Shown here piece after piece: positions 49,745 to 61,450 of a stretch of 64,000 nt of DNA. The stretch lies in the NCBI RefSeq assembly GCF_056712565.1, contig NZ_CM160072.1, one strand, 5' to 3'. The notes beneath the pieces are model-generated. The model saw only the letters and a list, made by a program, of their open reading frames with translations, did not search any database and had not been told where the DNA came from. Every line of letters starts with the position of its first letter. The stretch's first letter is position 1. The position numbers and the translations under genes were made by a program.

Positions 49745-50068
49745 ATGCAATTTTCTACAACCCCAACTCTGGAAGGCCAGACCATCGTTGAATATTGCGG
49801 TGTGGTGACTGGCGAAGCGATTTTAGGCGCGAATATTTTCCGTGATTTCTTTGCCGGTATCCGCGATATCGTTGGCGGACGCTCCGGTGCCTACGAAAAA
49901 GAACTGCGTAAAGCGCGGGAGATTGCCTTTGAGGAGCTCGGCTCCCAGGCGCGAGCGCTGGGGGCTGATGCCGTCGTCGGTATTGATATCGACTACGAAA
50001 CGGTCGGGCAAAACGGCAGTATGCTGATGGTTAGCGTCAGCGGTACGGCGGTGAAAACGCGTCGATGA
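49745..50068 (+). CDS. ybjQ: YbjQ (UPF0145 family)
   Basis: 107 aa; synteny. Confidence 0.9.
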
Positions 50069-50895
50069 GAAGAGTCTTCTGGCTGGTCGCTGCCGCTCTG
50101 TTACTGGCAGGGTGCACAGGCGAAAAAGGCATTGTCGAGAAAGAGGGATATCAGCTTGATACCCGACGCCAGGCGCAGGCGGCGTATCCGCGCATTAAAG
50201 TGCTGGTGATCCACTACACCGCAGATGATTTTGATAGCTCGCTGGCGACACTGACCGATAAGCAGGTCAGCTCGCATTATCTGGTCCCTGCGGTGCCACC
50301 GCGATACAACGGTAAACCGCGCATCTGGCAACTGGTGCCGGAACAAGAACTGGCCTGGCATGCGGGGATTAGTGCCTGGCGCGGGGCAACGCGCCTTAAC
50401 GACACCTCTATTGGCATTGAGCTGGAAAACCGTGGCTGGCAAAAATCGGCGGGAGTGAAATATTTTGCCCCGTTTGAACCGGCACAGATTCAGGCGCTTA
50501 TTCCGCTGGCGAAAGATATTATTGCCCGTTATTACATCAAGCCGGAAAACGTAGTAGCACATGCGGATATTGCGCCGCAGCGCAAAGACGATCCGGGGCC
50601 ATTATTTCCCTGGAAGCAACTGGCGCAGCAGGGGATTGGTGCCTGGCCGGATGCGCAGCGGGTGAACTTTTACCTTGCCGGGCGCGCGCCGCACACACCG
50701 GTAGAGACCGCGTCATTGCTGGAGCTTTTGGCGCGTTATGGTTATGACGTAAAGCCTGATATGACTCCGCGCGAGCAGCGGCGCGTGATTATGGCGTTCC
50801 AGATGCATTTCCGCCCGACGTTATACAACGGCGAAGCGGATGCAGAAACTCAGGCGATTGCCGAAGCGTTGCTGGAGAAATACGGGCAGGATTAG
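50065..50895 (+). CDS. amiD: N-acetylmuramoyl-L-alanine amidase AmiD (lipoprotein)
   Basis: 276 aa with lipobox LLAGC; amidase-2 type; synteny. Confidence 0.9.
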
Positions 50896-51905
50896 CGCGG
50901 CAGTTTTCCGTGGTCGCGTAGCCAGGCGGCAGTTTTCTCGATACCTTCATCCAGGGTGAGGACTGGTTGATAACCTAACTCTTCCTGCGCACGCGTAATA
51001 TCCAGCGTAAAGTCAAAATTCAACTTGGAGACGCCGTAGTGGGTCAGCGGCGGCTCTTTTGCTGACTTGCGGCCTAAACGCTCCATGCTGCGGGCGATCA
51101 TATCCAGCATCGGGTAAGGGACGGAACGAATACGACAGTCAATATTCAACTCGTCGATCAGCTTCTGCACGATGCTGCGCAGTGTGCGATGCTCGCCGTT
51201 GGTGATGTTGTACACACGCCCGGAAGGTAGCTTATCGCAGGCTTCCTGGCTTGCCAGCCACATGGCGTGCACGGCATTTTCATAGTAGGTCATATCGACC
51301 AGCGCACTGCCGCCGTGCGGTAACAGAATGCTGCCGTAGTGGTGCATCATATGCGCCAGACGGGGGATAAAGACTTTATCGTGCGGTCCGAACAGACTTT
51401 GTGGGCGCAGAATAGTAAAGCGCGTTTGTGGATTCGCCTGCGAAAGCATATTGATCACCTCTTCGCTGGCTGCTTTGCTGCGGGCAAACTCGTTGGCGAA
51501 GCGGTGAGGGCGAAAATCTTCTTTAATATCGCGATGGTGGTGATAATCGAAGTACAGGGAGGGGGAAGAGATATGAATAAAGTTACGCACACCCCAGGCG
51601 ACAGCCCATTCACCCAGGCGGCGAGTGGCGCGAACGTTAGCCAGATCGAAAGCCTGTTGTGTCCCCCAGGGCGAGGTAAAGCTGGAGCAGTGCCACAGCG
51701 TATCAATGCCCGCGAGCATCACTTTAGCTTGTGATGAAACCAGCTCGGTCAGATCCGCCGGAACAAACTCTGCGCCCATTTTTTCCAGCAATTTACCCAT
51801 TGCCTCGTTGCGACCGGTCGCTCGCACGCTGATGCCTTTCTGGCATAAAAACTCTACCGCGTTTCGACCTAAGCCGCTGGTGGCGCCGGTAACCAGTACC
51901 TTCAT
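50892..51905 (-). CDS. ybjS: NAD-dependent epimerase/dehydratase family protein YbjS
   Basis: Start ATG 51905 ([15 protein letters not shown]: Rossmann motif). Confidence 0.9.
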   Translation of the reverse strand: MKVLVTGATSGLGRNAVEFLCQKGISVRATGRNEAMGKLLEKMGAEFVPADLTELVSSQAKVMLAGIDTLWHCSSFTSPWGTQQAFDLANVRATRRLGEWAVAWGVRNFIHISSPSLYFDYHHHRDIKEDFRPHRFANEFARSKAASEEVINMLSQANPQTRFTILRPQSLFGPHDKVFIPRLAHMMHHYGSILLPHGGSALVDMTYYENAVHAMWLASQEACDKLPSGRVYNITNGEHRTLRSIVQKLIDELNIDCRIRSVPYPMLDMIARSMERLGRKSAKEPPLTHYGVSKLNFDFTLDITRAQEELGYQPVLTLDEGIEKTAAWLRDHGKLPR

Positions 51906-52003
51906 ATCAATCCACTGTTGTTGAGAAAATAACGTGCGCATTCTTCCGTGATTTCCCCCATGATGCAATGGGAAACATGAAAGAATAACGCAGGTTTTGT
52001 CGA

Positions 52004-53434
52004 TTAATCTGTGCTTTGTTCTGCCAGTCTGGCGATTCGTTTTGCCATTCCGCGAAAAATAAACAGATGCGCGGGGATCATCAATAACCAGTAAAACAAC
52101 CCTGGCATACCGTGCGGATGCCAGAATGCGCGAACATCGATAGTACGATAGTCACCTTTATCTTCCAGGGTAAAACACAGTCGTCCCAGCCCCGGCGCTT
52201 TCATGCCAAATAACAGCGTAAGTTGTTTTTCCGGTTCAACGACAATGACTTTCCAGCTATCCACCGCATCGCCAGTTTGCAAATATTCGCGCTCCGGGCG
52301 GCCTTTTGCCAGTTTATGACCGATCGCAAGGTCCATCAGCGCTCGAGTCTGCCACAAAATATTGCCAAAGAAATAACGCTCTTTACCGCCGATTTGATTG
52401 ACCACCCGCCATAGCGCCTGAAGTCTGGCAGACGTTTTAACGGTAAACCCCGCCTGTTTGGCAAAATAACCGTATTCTGGTCGCCAGCGAGCAAAAGCCT
52501 GCGCGTCATATCCCCAGTCGCTGGAGTTGACCAGTTTTTCTTCCTCTTTCAACGTGCTACGTACCGCGTCATCGAAAGCAATCAGCGGTTGTGGAATGAG
52601 TGCACGTAACGCGGTGTCATCTGCCAGCAGATCGTGTTTCAGCCCCTGAATCAACGCCCTGGCGGTGGTGGGTGGTACGGAAGTAATCACATTAAGAAAC
52701 CACACCGAAATCCAGCGGGTGGGAAAGGGGATGGGGAGCAACCAGCGGCGCTTACCGCTCACCGCCATAAAATGTTCAAACTGTTGCTGATAACTGAGCA
52801 CTTCTGGTCCGGCGGCTTCGAAGATGCGATGTTCGCTGGCTGGATGATCTAACAGCGCCACCAGATAGTGCAGCAAGTTTTCCAGCGCGATGGGCGTGGT
52901 GCGTGAACGGACCCAGCGTGGCGGCGTTAACACTGGCAGGTTGTAGACCATATCGCGCATGACCTCGAACGCCGCTGAACCTGCACCAACGATTATTCCG
53001 GCACGCAATTCGGTCACCGGGACACCCGCTTCACGAAGAATGTCCGCCGTAGCCTGACGGGCGCGCAGATGGTCCGACTGCTCATGTGGCGGGGCCTGCA
53101 ACGAACTGAGAAAGATTAATTGCTTAACTGGGACTTCACGTAGCGCATCGCGGACGTTGAGAGCCACCTGGCGCTCCTGAGCGATAAAATCGCCGCCTTC
53201 GCCCATGCTGTGCACCAGAAAATAGACCGTATCAATATCCTGCAACAGGGCCGGAAGGTTATCCGGCCAGCTGAGATCGACTTTATGGCAACTGACATTT
53301 GCCAGTTGCAGCTTTGCAAGCCTGTCGACATGACGTGCCGCCGCCAGGAGCTGATGCCCTTGCTGGCTGAGTGTGCGCACCAGATGCTGACCAATGTAGC
53401 CACTGGCACCGAGAACTAAAATGCGTTGCGGCAC
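52004..53434 (-). CDS. ybjT: NAD(P)-binding membrane-associated protein YbjT (start codon uncertain, GTG 53434 inferred)
   Basis: [15 protein letters not shown]ossmann motif near N-terminus; synteny. Confidence 0.85.
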   Translation of the reverse strand: MPQRILVLGASGYIGQHLVRTLSQQGHQLLAAARHVDRLAKLQLANVSCHKVDLSWPDNLPALLQDIDTVYFLVHSMGEGGDFIAQERQVALNVRDALREVPVKQLIFLSSLQAPPHEQSDHLRARQATADILREAGVPVTELRAGIIVGAGSAAFEVMRDMVYNLPVLTPPRWVRSRTTPIALENLLHYLVALLDHPASEHRIFEAAGPEVLSYQQQFEHFMAVSGKRRWLLPIPFPTRWISVWFLNVITSVPPTTARALIQGLKHDLLADDTALRALIPQPLIAFDDAVRSTLKEEEKLVNSSDWGYDAQAFARWRPEYGYFAKQAGFTVKTSARLQALWRVVNQIGGKERYFFGNILWQTRALMDLAIGHKLAKGRPEREYLQTGDAVDSWKVIVVEPEKQLTLLFGMKAPGLGRLCFTLEDKGDYRTIDVRAFWHPHGMPGLFYWLLMIPAHLFIFRGMAKRIARLAEQSTD

Positions 53435-53444
53435 GTCTCCCTCC

Positions 53445-54446
53445 TTAACGCGCCAGGAATGCGCGCCAGTGGGCGGCGACTTCCGCCAGTTGTGCACGCG
53501 AGACGTCAAGATGGGTCACCAGGCGGACAATCGGCGAGGCGTTAATCAGCACGTTTCTCGCTTTCATGTATTCGCCTAACGCGGCAGCATTTTCTTCCCC
53601 GACGCGAACAAACAGCATATTGGTGTCCTGACGCATCACATCCGTGCCTGCTTCACGCAACTGCTCCGCCATCCAGGTGGCATTGTCGTGGTCTTCCTGC
53701 AAACGTGCGACGTTATTTTTCAGCGCATACATCCCGGCGGCAGCCAGAATGCCGGACTGGCGCATCCCGCCACCTGTCATTTTCCGCCAGCGAATGGCAC
53801 GTTTAATGTAATCACGATTACCGACGAGTAATGAACCGACTGGCGTCCCAAGACCTTTCGACAGGCAAATGGTGAACGAGTCACAATATTGCGTGATCTC
53901 TTTCAGTTCGCAGCCGTAAGCCACCACGGCATTAAAGATGCGCGCACCGTCAACATGCAGCGCCAGATTGCGCTTGCGGGTAAATTCCCATGCCTCTTTT
54001 AAGTATTCACGCGGCAGCACTTTGCCGTTGTGGGTGTTTTCCAGACTGAGTAATTTGGTGCGGGCGAAATGGATATCGTCGGGTTTGATTTTCATCGCCA
54101 CTTTATCCAGCGGTAGCGTGCCGTCGGCAGCTGCGTCGATGGGTTGCGGCTGAATACTGCCCAGCACTGCTGCGCCACCGGCTTCAAACAGATAGTTATG
54201 CGCGGCCTGACCGACGATATACTCTTCGCCGCGTTCGCAGTGACTGAGCAGAGCGACCAGGTTGGCCTGAGTGCCGGTCGGCAGAAAAATGGCGGCTTCT
54301 TTACCGGAAAGCTCTGCTGCATAGTCCTGCAGAGCATTAACGGTAGGGTCGTCTCCGTAAACGTCGTCCCCAACCGGGGCGGCCATCATCGCTTCGAGCA
54401 TGGCGCGGCTCGGTCGGGTAACGGTATCACTGCGTAAATCAATCAT
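53445..54446 (-). CDS. ltaE: Low-specificity L-threonine aldolase
   Basis: 333 aa [13 protein letters not shown]...; synteny. Confidence 0.95.
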   Translation of the reverse strand: MIDLRSDTVTRPSRAMLEAMMAAPVGDDVYGDDPTVNALQDYAAELSGKEAAIFLPTGTQANLVALLSHCERGEEYIVGQAAHNYLFEAGGAAVLGSIQPQPIDAAADGTLPLDKVAMKIKPDDIHFARTKLLSLENTHNGKVLPREYLKEAWEFTRKRNLALHVDGARIFNAVVAYGCELKEITQYCDSFTICLSKGLGTPVGSLLVGNRDYIKRAIRWRKMTGGGMRQSGILAAAGMYALKNNVARLQEDHDNATWMAEQLREAGTDVMRQDTNMLFVRVGEENAAALGEYMKARNVLINASPIVRLVTHLDVSRAQLAEVAAHWRAFLAR

Positions 54447-54482
54447 GGCATGTCCTTATTATGACGGGAAATGCCACCCTTT

Positions 54483-56201
54483 TTACCTTAGCCAGTTCGT
54501 TTTCGCCAGTTCGATCACTTCATCACCGCGTCCGCTGATGATTGCGCGCAGCATATACAGGCTGAAACCTTTGGCCTGTTCGAGTTTGATCTGCGGTGGA
54601 ATGGCTAATTCTTCTTTGGCGACAACCACATCCACCAACACCGGACCGTCGATGGAGAAGGCGCGTTGCAGAGCTTCATCGATTTCAGACGCTTTTTCTA
54701 CACGAATACCCGTAATGCCGCAGGCTTCGGCAATTCGGGCAAAGTTGGTGTCGTGTAGTTCGGTGCCATCAGTCAAATAGCCACCAGCTTTCATCTCCAT
54801 CGCCACAAAGCCCAGCACGCTGTTATTAAAGACGATAATTTTCACTGGCAGTTTCATCTGCACTACCGAGAGGAAATCGCCCATCAACATGCTAAAACCG
54901 CCATCGCCGCACATGGCGACCACCTGGCGTTCCGGCTCGGTTGCCTGCGCGCCCAGCGCCTGCGGCATGGCGTTAGCCATCGAACCATGGTTAAACGAAC
55001 CTAACAGGCGACGCTTGCCGTTCATTTTTAGATAACGTGCCGCCCACACCGTTGGCGTACCAACGTCACAGGTGAAAATAGCGTCATCGGCGGCAAAATG
55101 ACTAATTTGCTGCGCCAGATATTGCGGGTGAATGGCTTTCTCACTCGGTTTAGCTAAATCGTCCAGCCCTTTGCGGGCGTCGCGGTAATCTTCCAGCGCC
55201 TTATCCAGAAACTTGCGTTCGGTTTTTTCTTCCACCAGTGGCAGCAATGCGCGCAGGGTTGATTTGATATCGCCGACCAGCGCCATATCTACCTTGCTAT
55301 GCGCGCCGATGCTGGCTGGGTTGATATCAATCTGAATAATTTTGGCATCGGTCGGGTAGAACACACGGTAGGGAAACTGAGTACCGAGCAGCACTAACGT
55401 ATCGGCGTTCATCATGGTATGGAAACCTGACGAAAAGCCGATTAATCCCGTCATTCCAACATCATATGGATTATCGTATTCGACATGTTCTTTACCGCGC
55501 AGGGCATGGACTATAGGCGCTTTAATTTTCCCGGCAAACTCAACTAACTCTTTATGCGCCCCCGCACAGCCGCTGCCACACATCAGGGCGATATTGCTGG
55601 AATAACGCAGCAGTTGCGCCAGTTTGCGTAACTCTTCTTCTTCCGGTGTTACTACCGGCTGTGGCGCATGATACCAGTGGGTAGTTGCCCCTTCTGGCGC
55701 AGGTTTTAACGCCACGTCGCCCGGTAACACAACAACGGAAACGCCACGGTTAAGCACCGCTTTGCGCATAGCAATTGCCAGCACTTGTGGGATCTGCTCT
55801 GGGCTGGAAACCAGCTCGCAATAGTGACTACATTCGCGGAATAACTCTTGTGGGTGGGTTTCCTGGAAATAGCCGCTGCCAATTTCGCTGGAGGGAATAT
55901 GAGCGGCAATCGCCAGTACCGGAACGTGATTGCGGTGGCAATCGAACAGGCCGTTGATTAAGTGCAGGTTGCCGGGACCGCACGATCCGGCACAGACCGC
56001 CAGTTCTCCGCTAAGTTGTGCTTCAGCGCCAGCGGCAAACGCCGCCACTTCTTCATGCCGGGTGGACATCCACTCGATGGTGCCCATGCGATTAAGACTG
56101 TCACTAAGACCGTTCAGAGAGTCGCCCGTGACTCCCCAGATGCGTTTCACGCCTGCCGATTCGAGTGTTTTGGCGATATAAGCTGCAACCGTTTGTTTCA
56201 T
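54483..56201 (-). CDS. poxB: Pyruvate oxidase (ubiquinone), thiamine-diphosphate dependent
   Basis: 572 aa [28 protein letters not shown]... Confidence 0.95.
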   Translation of the reverse strand: MKQTVAAYIAKTLESAGVKRIWGVTGDSLNGLSDSLNRMGTIEWMSTRHEEVAAFAAGAEAQLSGELAVCAGSCGPGNLHLINGLFDCHRNHVPVLAIAAHIPSSEIGSGYFQETHPQELFRECSHYCELVSSPEQIPQVLAIAMRKAVLNRGVSVVVLPGDVALKPAPEGATTHWYHAPQPVVTPEEEELRKLAQLLRYSSNIALMCGSGCAGAHKELVEFAGKIKAPIVHALRGKEHVEYDNPYDVGMTGLIGFSSGFHTMMNADTLVLLGTQFPYRVFYPTDAKIIQIDINPASIGAHSKVDMALVGDIKSTLRALLPLVEEKTERKFLDKALEDYRDARKGLDDLAKPSEKAIHPQYLAQQISHFAADDAIFTCDVGTPTVWAARYLKMNGKRRLLGSFNHGSMANAMPQALGAQATEPERQVVAMCGDGGFSMLMGDFLSVVQMKLPVKIIVFNNSVLGFVAMEMKAGGYLTDGTELHDTNFARIAEACGITGIRVEKASEIDEALQRAFSIDGPVLVDVVVAKEELAIPPQIKLEQAKGFSLYMLRAIISGRGDEVIELAKTNWLR

Positions 56202-56333
56202 GGTTCTCCATCTCCTGAATGTGATAACGGTAACAAGTTTAGTTCATCTGACGGAGGGGGAAGGGATGGGAGAAAAAGGAGGCACTAACGGTTAAATAGC
56301 CCGATGAAAGGAATATCATCGGGCATCAGGCGA

Positions 56334-57302
56334 TTATGCGAGAACCAAATCCCCCTGCGGATGGCAGGAGCAGGCCAGTACGTAACCTTCAGCGATTTCG
56401 GCGTCGGTCAGCGTCATTGTGCTGCTCACCGTATATTCACCGGAAATCACTTTCGTCTTACAGCAGCCGCAAACACCCGCACGGCAGGCGGCGACAACCG
56501 GAACGTTATTGCTTTCCAGCGCCTCCAGTAGCGTGGTGCCAACCGGAGCGTAAAATTCTCGTGCCGGTTGCAGTTTGGTGAATTTCAGACCACTGGTCGC
56601 CGCTTCCGCTACTGGGGTGAAGAATTTCTCTTTAAAGAAACGCGTCACGCCGAGCGCTTTCACTTCCTGCTCTACCCAATCCATATATGGAGCAGGGCCA
56701 CAGGTCATCACGGTACGTGAGGCTAAATCAGGAACGCGAGTCAGCAGTTCGCGAGTGAGACGACCAGCGATAAAGCCTTCGGTAACGTTATTTTCCGCCA
56801 CCAGCGTTACCGGATAGTTACGCCACTCATCGGCGAAAATCACATCCTGCGGCGTACGCACGTTGTAGATCACCTGCACATCGGCCTGTGGACGGTTCTT
56901 CGCCAGCCAGCGACGCATCGACATAATCGGCGTGACGCCGCAGCCTGCCGCCAGCAACAGGAATTTATCTTCTGCTTTATCGTCGCAGGTAAATTCCCCC
57001 ATCGCGTCCGAAAGCCAGAGATAATCACCGCGTTTTACATCGCGCGTCAGCCACCGGGAGCCGACACCGTCATCAATCCGCCGCACGGTCAGGGTGATGT
57101 ATTCACTCACGCCTGGCGTGGAGGAAATGGTGTAAGCACGCAGCGTTTCTGCTGAGTTTCGCACGCTGACCAGCGCATATTGCCCGGCGCGATATGGGTA
57201 GTAATCGTGGCAAATCAGGGAAATCGTCCACACATCCGGCGTTTCTTGCGTAATGTGATGAACCTGCATCCGCCACGGGCATTGATTCGTTGGCATCGTC
57301 AT
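56334..57302 (-). CDS. hcr: NADH oxidoreductase for hybrid-cluster protein (Hcr)
   Basis: Start ATG 57302 (MTMPTNQCPW...); C-terminal 2Fe-2S Cys cluster CRAGVCGCC. Confidence 0.9.
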   Translation of the reverse strand: MTMPTNQCPWRMQVHHITQETPDVWTISLICHDYYPYRAGQYALVSVRNSAETLRAYTISSTPGVSEYITLTVRRIDDGVGSRWLTRDVKRGDYLWLSDAMGEFTCDDKAEDKFLLLAAGCGVTPIMSMRRWLAKNRPQADVQVIYNVRTPQDVIFADEWRNYPVTLVAENNVTEGFIAGRLTRELLTRVPDLASRTVMTCGPAPYMDWVEQEVKALGVTRFFKEKFFTPVAEAATSGLKFTKLQPAREFYAPVGTTLLEALESNNVPVVAACRAGVCGCCKTKVISGEYTVSSTMTLTDAEIAEGYVLACSCHPQGDLVLA

Positions 57303-57313
57303 CGACAAACTCC

Positions 57314-58966
57314 TTACGCGCTCAACAGTTGCTTCATGTCTTCTTCAACAGTGGTGATAGAACGCAGGCCGAATTTCTCGTTCAGCACCGCCAGCAGGTC
57401 TGGTGTCAGGAAACCAGGTGCAGTCGGGCCGGTGACGATATTTTTCACACCCAGAGAAAGCAGCGTCAGCAGAATGACAATCGCTTTCTGTTCAAACCAG
57501 GAGAGCACCAGCGACAGCGGCAGATCGTTCACCCCACAGCCCAGTTTCTCTGCCAGCGTTACCGCCAGAATAATTGCTGAGTAAGCATCGTTACACTGAC
57601 CAGCATCTACCAGACGCGGCAGACCTTCGATATCGCCAAACTCAAGTTTATTAAAGCGATATTTACCGCAAGCGAGGGTCAGGATCAGGCAGTCATCCGG
57701 CACGCTGGTGGCGAAATCGGTGAAGTAGTGACGCTCGCCGCGTGCGCCGTCACAGCCGCCAAGCAGGAAGATATGACGCAGTTTTTCACGGCTCACCAGA
57801 TCAATCAGCGTATCGGCTGCGCCAAGCAGTGTCTGGCGACCAAAGCCCACGGTGATCAGGTGCGGAATTTCGCTGTACGGGAAGCCCGCCATCTGTTGCG
57901 CCTGGGCAATGACTGCAGAGAAATCTTCGCCATCCAGATGACGCACACCCGGCCAGCCAACGATGCTGCGGGTCCAGATACGATCGTCATAAGCGCCTAC
58001 GGTTGGGTCGATGATGCAGTTCGAGGTCATCACGATGGGGCCTGGGAAACGAGCGAACTCCACTTGCTGATTCTGCCAGCCGCTGCCGTAGTTACCGACC
58101 AGATGCTTGAATTTACGCAACTCCGGGTAACCATGCGCAGGCAGCATTTCGCCGTGGGTGTAGACATTAACGCCCGTGCCTTCGGTCTGTTCCAGCAGGT
58201 TGTAGAGATCTTTGAGATCGTGACCGGAAATCAGAATGCATTTACCCGCCGTCGCTTTGACATTGACCTGGGTTGGGGTCGGGTGACCGTATTTACCGGT
58301 TTCGCCTGCATCCAGAATGCTCATCACTTTGAAATTCATCTGGCCGATTTCCATTGAACACTCAAGAAGCGCGTTCATATCGGCAGGCCAGGTCCCCAGC
58401 CACGCCATGATTTTATGGTACTGGGCATAAATATCGTTGTCGTATTGACCGAGAACATGCGCGTGTTCCATATAGGCCGCCGCACCTTTCAGGCCATACA
58501 GGCACAGCAGACGCAGGCCGAGAATGTTTTCGCCAATCGCCGCTTTATCTTTGTTAGGGGTAAATTCTGCTGCCTGACGTTGCAGCTCGCCGAGATCGTC
58601 GCTCACCAGTTGCAGGTCAGCCATCGGGTTATCGACGCGGGCGTTGGCATCTACAGCCAGGCATTGTGCTTTCAGCGCCTCGCGCAGGGCAATCGCTTCA
58701 CGAGCGTAGCCGACAATACGCGGAGAATCGAAGTTAACGTTGGTCAGGGTTGAGAAAAAGGCACGTGGCGCAAAGCTGTCTACATCGTGGTTGATGATGC
58801 CGTATTCACGTGCTTTCACTGCCCAGGCCGAAAGCCCTTGCAGCGCCGCGATGAGTAAATCCTGAAGGTCAGAGGTTTCCGCCGTTTTACCACACATCCC
58901 CTGCGCGTATGAGCAGCCGTTTCCTGCCGGAGTACGGATAGTTTGTTCACATTGCACACAAAACAT
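57314..58966 (-). CDS. hcp: Hybrid-cluster protein / hydroxylamine reductase (Hcp)
   Basis: Start ATG 58966 (MFCVQCEQT...); N-terminal Cys cluster. Confidence 0.95.
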   Translation of the reverse strand: MFCVQCEQTIRTPAGNGCSYAQGMCGKTAETSDLQDLLIAALQGLSAWAVKAREYGIINHDVDSFAPRAFFSTLTNVNFDSPRIVGYAREAIALREALKAQCLAVDANARVDNPMADLQLVSDDLGELQRQAAEFTPNKDKAAIGENILGLRLLCLYGLKGAAAYMEHAHVLGQYDNDIYAQYHKIMAWLGTWPADMNALLECSMEIGQMNFKVMSILDAGETGKYGHPTPTQVNVKATAGKCILISGHDLKDLYNLLEQTEGTGVNVYTHGEMLPAHGYPELRKFKHLVGNYGSGWQNQQVEFARFPGPIVMTSNCIIDPTVGAYDDRIWTRSIVGWPGVRHLDGEDFSAVIAQAQQMAGFPYSEIPHLITVGFGRQTLLGAADTLIDLVSREKLRHIFLLGGCDGARGERHYFTDFATSVPDDCLILTLACGKYRFNKLEFGDIEGLPRLVDAGQCNDAYSAIILAVTLAEKLGCGVNDLPLSLVLSWFEQKAIVILLTLLSLGVKNIVTGPTAPGFLTPDLLAVLNEKFGLRSITTVEEDMKQLLSA

Positions 58967-59062
58967 GATCACACCTTTTAAAGTTATATTTAATATACAT
59001 GTTTAAGGTTAAGACGCTTAACGCGGGGATAAAAGAGATTTTTAATGCAACTTTAAGGGAGA

Positions 59063-59076
59063 TTGATTTAGCGCAA
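59063..59076. promoter_or_regulatory. Possible FNR-type half-palindrome upstream of hcp (weak)
   Basis: TTGATTTAGCGCAA versus consensus TTGAT-N4-ATCAA (second half-site 3/5). Confidence 0.25.
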
Positions 59077-59109
59077 TTTTGGCGGCAGAGATCTACCGCC
59101 AGAGAGGTA

Positions 59110-60009
59110 TTATGCAGAGAAAAAGGCGATGAGAATCGGCACTAACAGACTAAGAATAAAACCGTGAACAATCGCCGCCGGGACCATATCCAGCCCGCCT
59201 GTACGTTGAAGAACGGGCAGGGTGAAATCCATCGACGTCGCACCGCATAAGCCCAGTGCAGTAGAGCGGCTACGGCGAATCAGCCCAGGGATTAACATAA
59301 TAGCAATCAGCTCACGGGCCAGATCATTAAAAAACGCCGCGCTCCCGATTACCGGACCAAAAGATTCGGTCAATAAAATACCGGAAAGAGAATACCAGCC
59401 GAAACCGGAGGCCATTGCCAGCGCGGTATTGATGGGAAGATCAAGAATAAAGGCGTTAATTAAACCACCAATTAATGAACTGGCAACCACCACCACGGCG
59501 ACAATCATTCCCCGGCGATTAAGGACAATCTGCTTTAAGGTCATGCCATTATTGCGCAACTGAATACCGACGAGGAAAAGTAGCAGAATTAAGGTGTATT
59601 CACTGGCTTCGGTCGCGTGTTGTAAGAAAGCCAGTCCACTCAGACCAATGGCAAAACCAATCACTACTACGCCGCACAGTTTTAGCGACTCCAGCGCCAT
59701 CGCAATACGCGACGGGAGTTTTTCTTGATGATGGTGGTTGCGCCATGGCAGGCCGCGCTCCAGCCACATCAGGGCGGCAATATTACACAGTAAAATAACG
59801 GTAATACTGACGGCAGAATAATGCAGAATTGCCAACAAGTTACTGGCGAGGTTATCGAGAAACGCCAGACTGATACCCATAAAAAAGAGAATAAGGTAAA
59901 CCATCCAACTTAATAGCTGATTAATAACTCTTAATGCAGCTTTTTGGCGAAGCGGAATGAGGTAACCCACAATCAGGGGAACCAGAATGATTAACAGCCC
60001 AGAAAACAT
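59110..60009 (-). CDS. ybjE: Lysine exporter LysO (YbjE)
   Basis: Start ATG 60009 (MFSGLLIILVPL...), polytopic membrane protein. Confidence 0.9.
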   Translation of the reverse strand: MFSGLLIILVPLIVGYLIPLRQKAALRVINQLLSWMVYLILFFMGISLAFLDNLASNLLAILHYSAVSITVILLCNIAALMWLERGLPWRNHHHQEKLPSRIAMALESLKLCGVVVIGFAIGLSGLAFLQHATEASEYTLILLLFLVGIQLRNNGMTLKQIVLNRRGMIVAVVVVASSLIGGLINAFILDLPINTALAMASGFGWYSLSGILLTESFGPVIGSAAFFNDLARELIAIMLIPGLIRRSRSTALGLCGATSMDFTLPVLQRTGGLDMVPAAIVHGFILSLLVPILIAFFSA

Positions 60010-60329
60010 GAAAACCCAGTCCTTGCAAAGAAGATTCGAAATGCGCGATGACACACTACTGAAAGCAGAAGGACGAGTAAAGTTGCAATTAAAAGGAAAT
60101 GTTATGCATCAGAGGGGGATTTTTAATTCTATATGAGTGTTTAGCGTTGTTGCGCTCCTTTCATGTGCAATGCCATATAAAGCCACTGGCGCAGGGAGCG
60201 GCCAGTCGCCGCCGCCCCCTGCACCCCCGGCCTTCGGGGAACGCCTCGGCGATTTTAACGCCACCAACACCCGTGCGGTTTGTAACGTCGAAGATAAAAC
60301 CACCAGGGCAGACAACATGCCAATGCTAA

Positions 60330-61025
60330 TTAATCGCGTTTTTCCAGTAGAGTCCGGTAAATCAGACCACCGATAATACCGCCGACAATTGGCACCACCC
60401 AGAAGAACCACAGTTGTTCTAATGCCCAGCCGCCCTGGAAGATAGCAACCGCAGTACTGCGCGCCGGGTTAACGGAAGTGTTAGTCACCGGAATACTGAT
60501 TAAGTGAATCAGGGTTAAGGCCAGACCAATGGCAATTGGCGCAAAACCAGCAGGAGCGAATTTGTCAGTTGCGCCGTGGATCACCAGCAGGAAACCTGCA
60601 CTCAATACCAGTTCAACTACCAGCGCGGAAAGCATGGAATAACCGCCTGGTGAATGCTCGCCATAACCGTTAGAAGCAAAACCGCTGGCTGCCGCGTCAA
60701 AACCCGTTTTACCACTGGCAATTAAATACAGCAGCGCCGCCGCAACAATACCGCCGACAACCTGGGCAATTACGTAGCCAACGACTTCTTTTGCCGGGAA
60801 ACGTCCGCCAGCCCATAAACCAATAGTGACCGCCGGGTTAAAATGACCACCAGAAATATGACCAACAGCAAAGGCCATTGTCAGAACGGTCAGACCGAAC
60901 GCCAACGCCACGCCGGCAAAACCAATGCCTAATTCCGGGAAGCCTGCGGCCAGTACGGCACTACCACAGCCGCCAAAAACAAGCCAGAAAGTACCAAAAC
61001 ATTCAGCTGCTAATTTTCTGAACAT
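60330..61025 (-). CDS. aqpZ: Aquaporin Z
   Basis: Start ATG 61025 ([15 protein letters not shown]...); two NPA motifs. Confidence 0.95.
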   Translation of the reverse strand: MFRKLAAECFGTFWLVFGGCGSAVLAAGFPELGIGFAGVALAFGLTVLTMAFAVGHISGGHFNPAVTIGLWAGGRFPAKEVVGYVIAQVVGGIVAAALLYLIASGKTGFDAAASGFASNGYGEHSPGGYSMLSALVVELVLSAGFLLVIHGATDKFAPAGFAPIAIGLALTLIHLISIPVTNTSVNPARSTAVAIFQGGWALEQLWFFWVVPIVGGIIGGLIYRTLLEKRD

Positions 61026-61450
61026 ATCCACCTCAATTAAAAATTGACCCTGTGAAAAATATGGTCGTTTTATAGGGTCGTCGTAAAAAAGTGACGACGG
61101 AAATAATGCGCGGCTATTTTAAAAACGAAGGCAAGTCATTCACCAGATAAATAAATCCAGTAAATTTGATTTAAGGCAACAGCGGGTTGCCCCATATAGT
61201 CATTTGTCTGATTGACAGTGTAGTGCAAGCGAAAGATTTAATCCTTTAGGCGTAATAAAAAATAATTTATCATGCTAATTATTTGATTTTGTTGTTTTTG
61301 CAGGCTTATCAGCAAGAGGGAGTATAACGCGATTATTCGCTCATTTTTCAGACATTTGCCATGCTTAAATGTGATGTCATCACGTATTAGCATGGCCTTT
61401 CCCGTTATACTGCCAGCGTAAAGGATAAGTCACATATTTCTGGAGGGGAT

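Noticed and set aside
60100-60330. GC-rich intergenic segment between ybjE and aqpZ with three overlapping track ORFs (76, 100, 79 aa)
   Set aside because: No RBS or conserved motifs; ORFs overlap each other and the aqpZ 3' end; probably non-coding, though an unannotated small RNA cannot be excluded from sequence alone.
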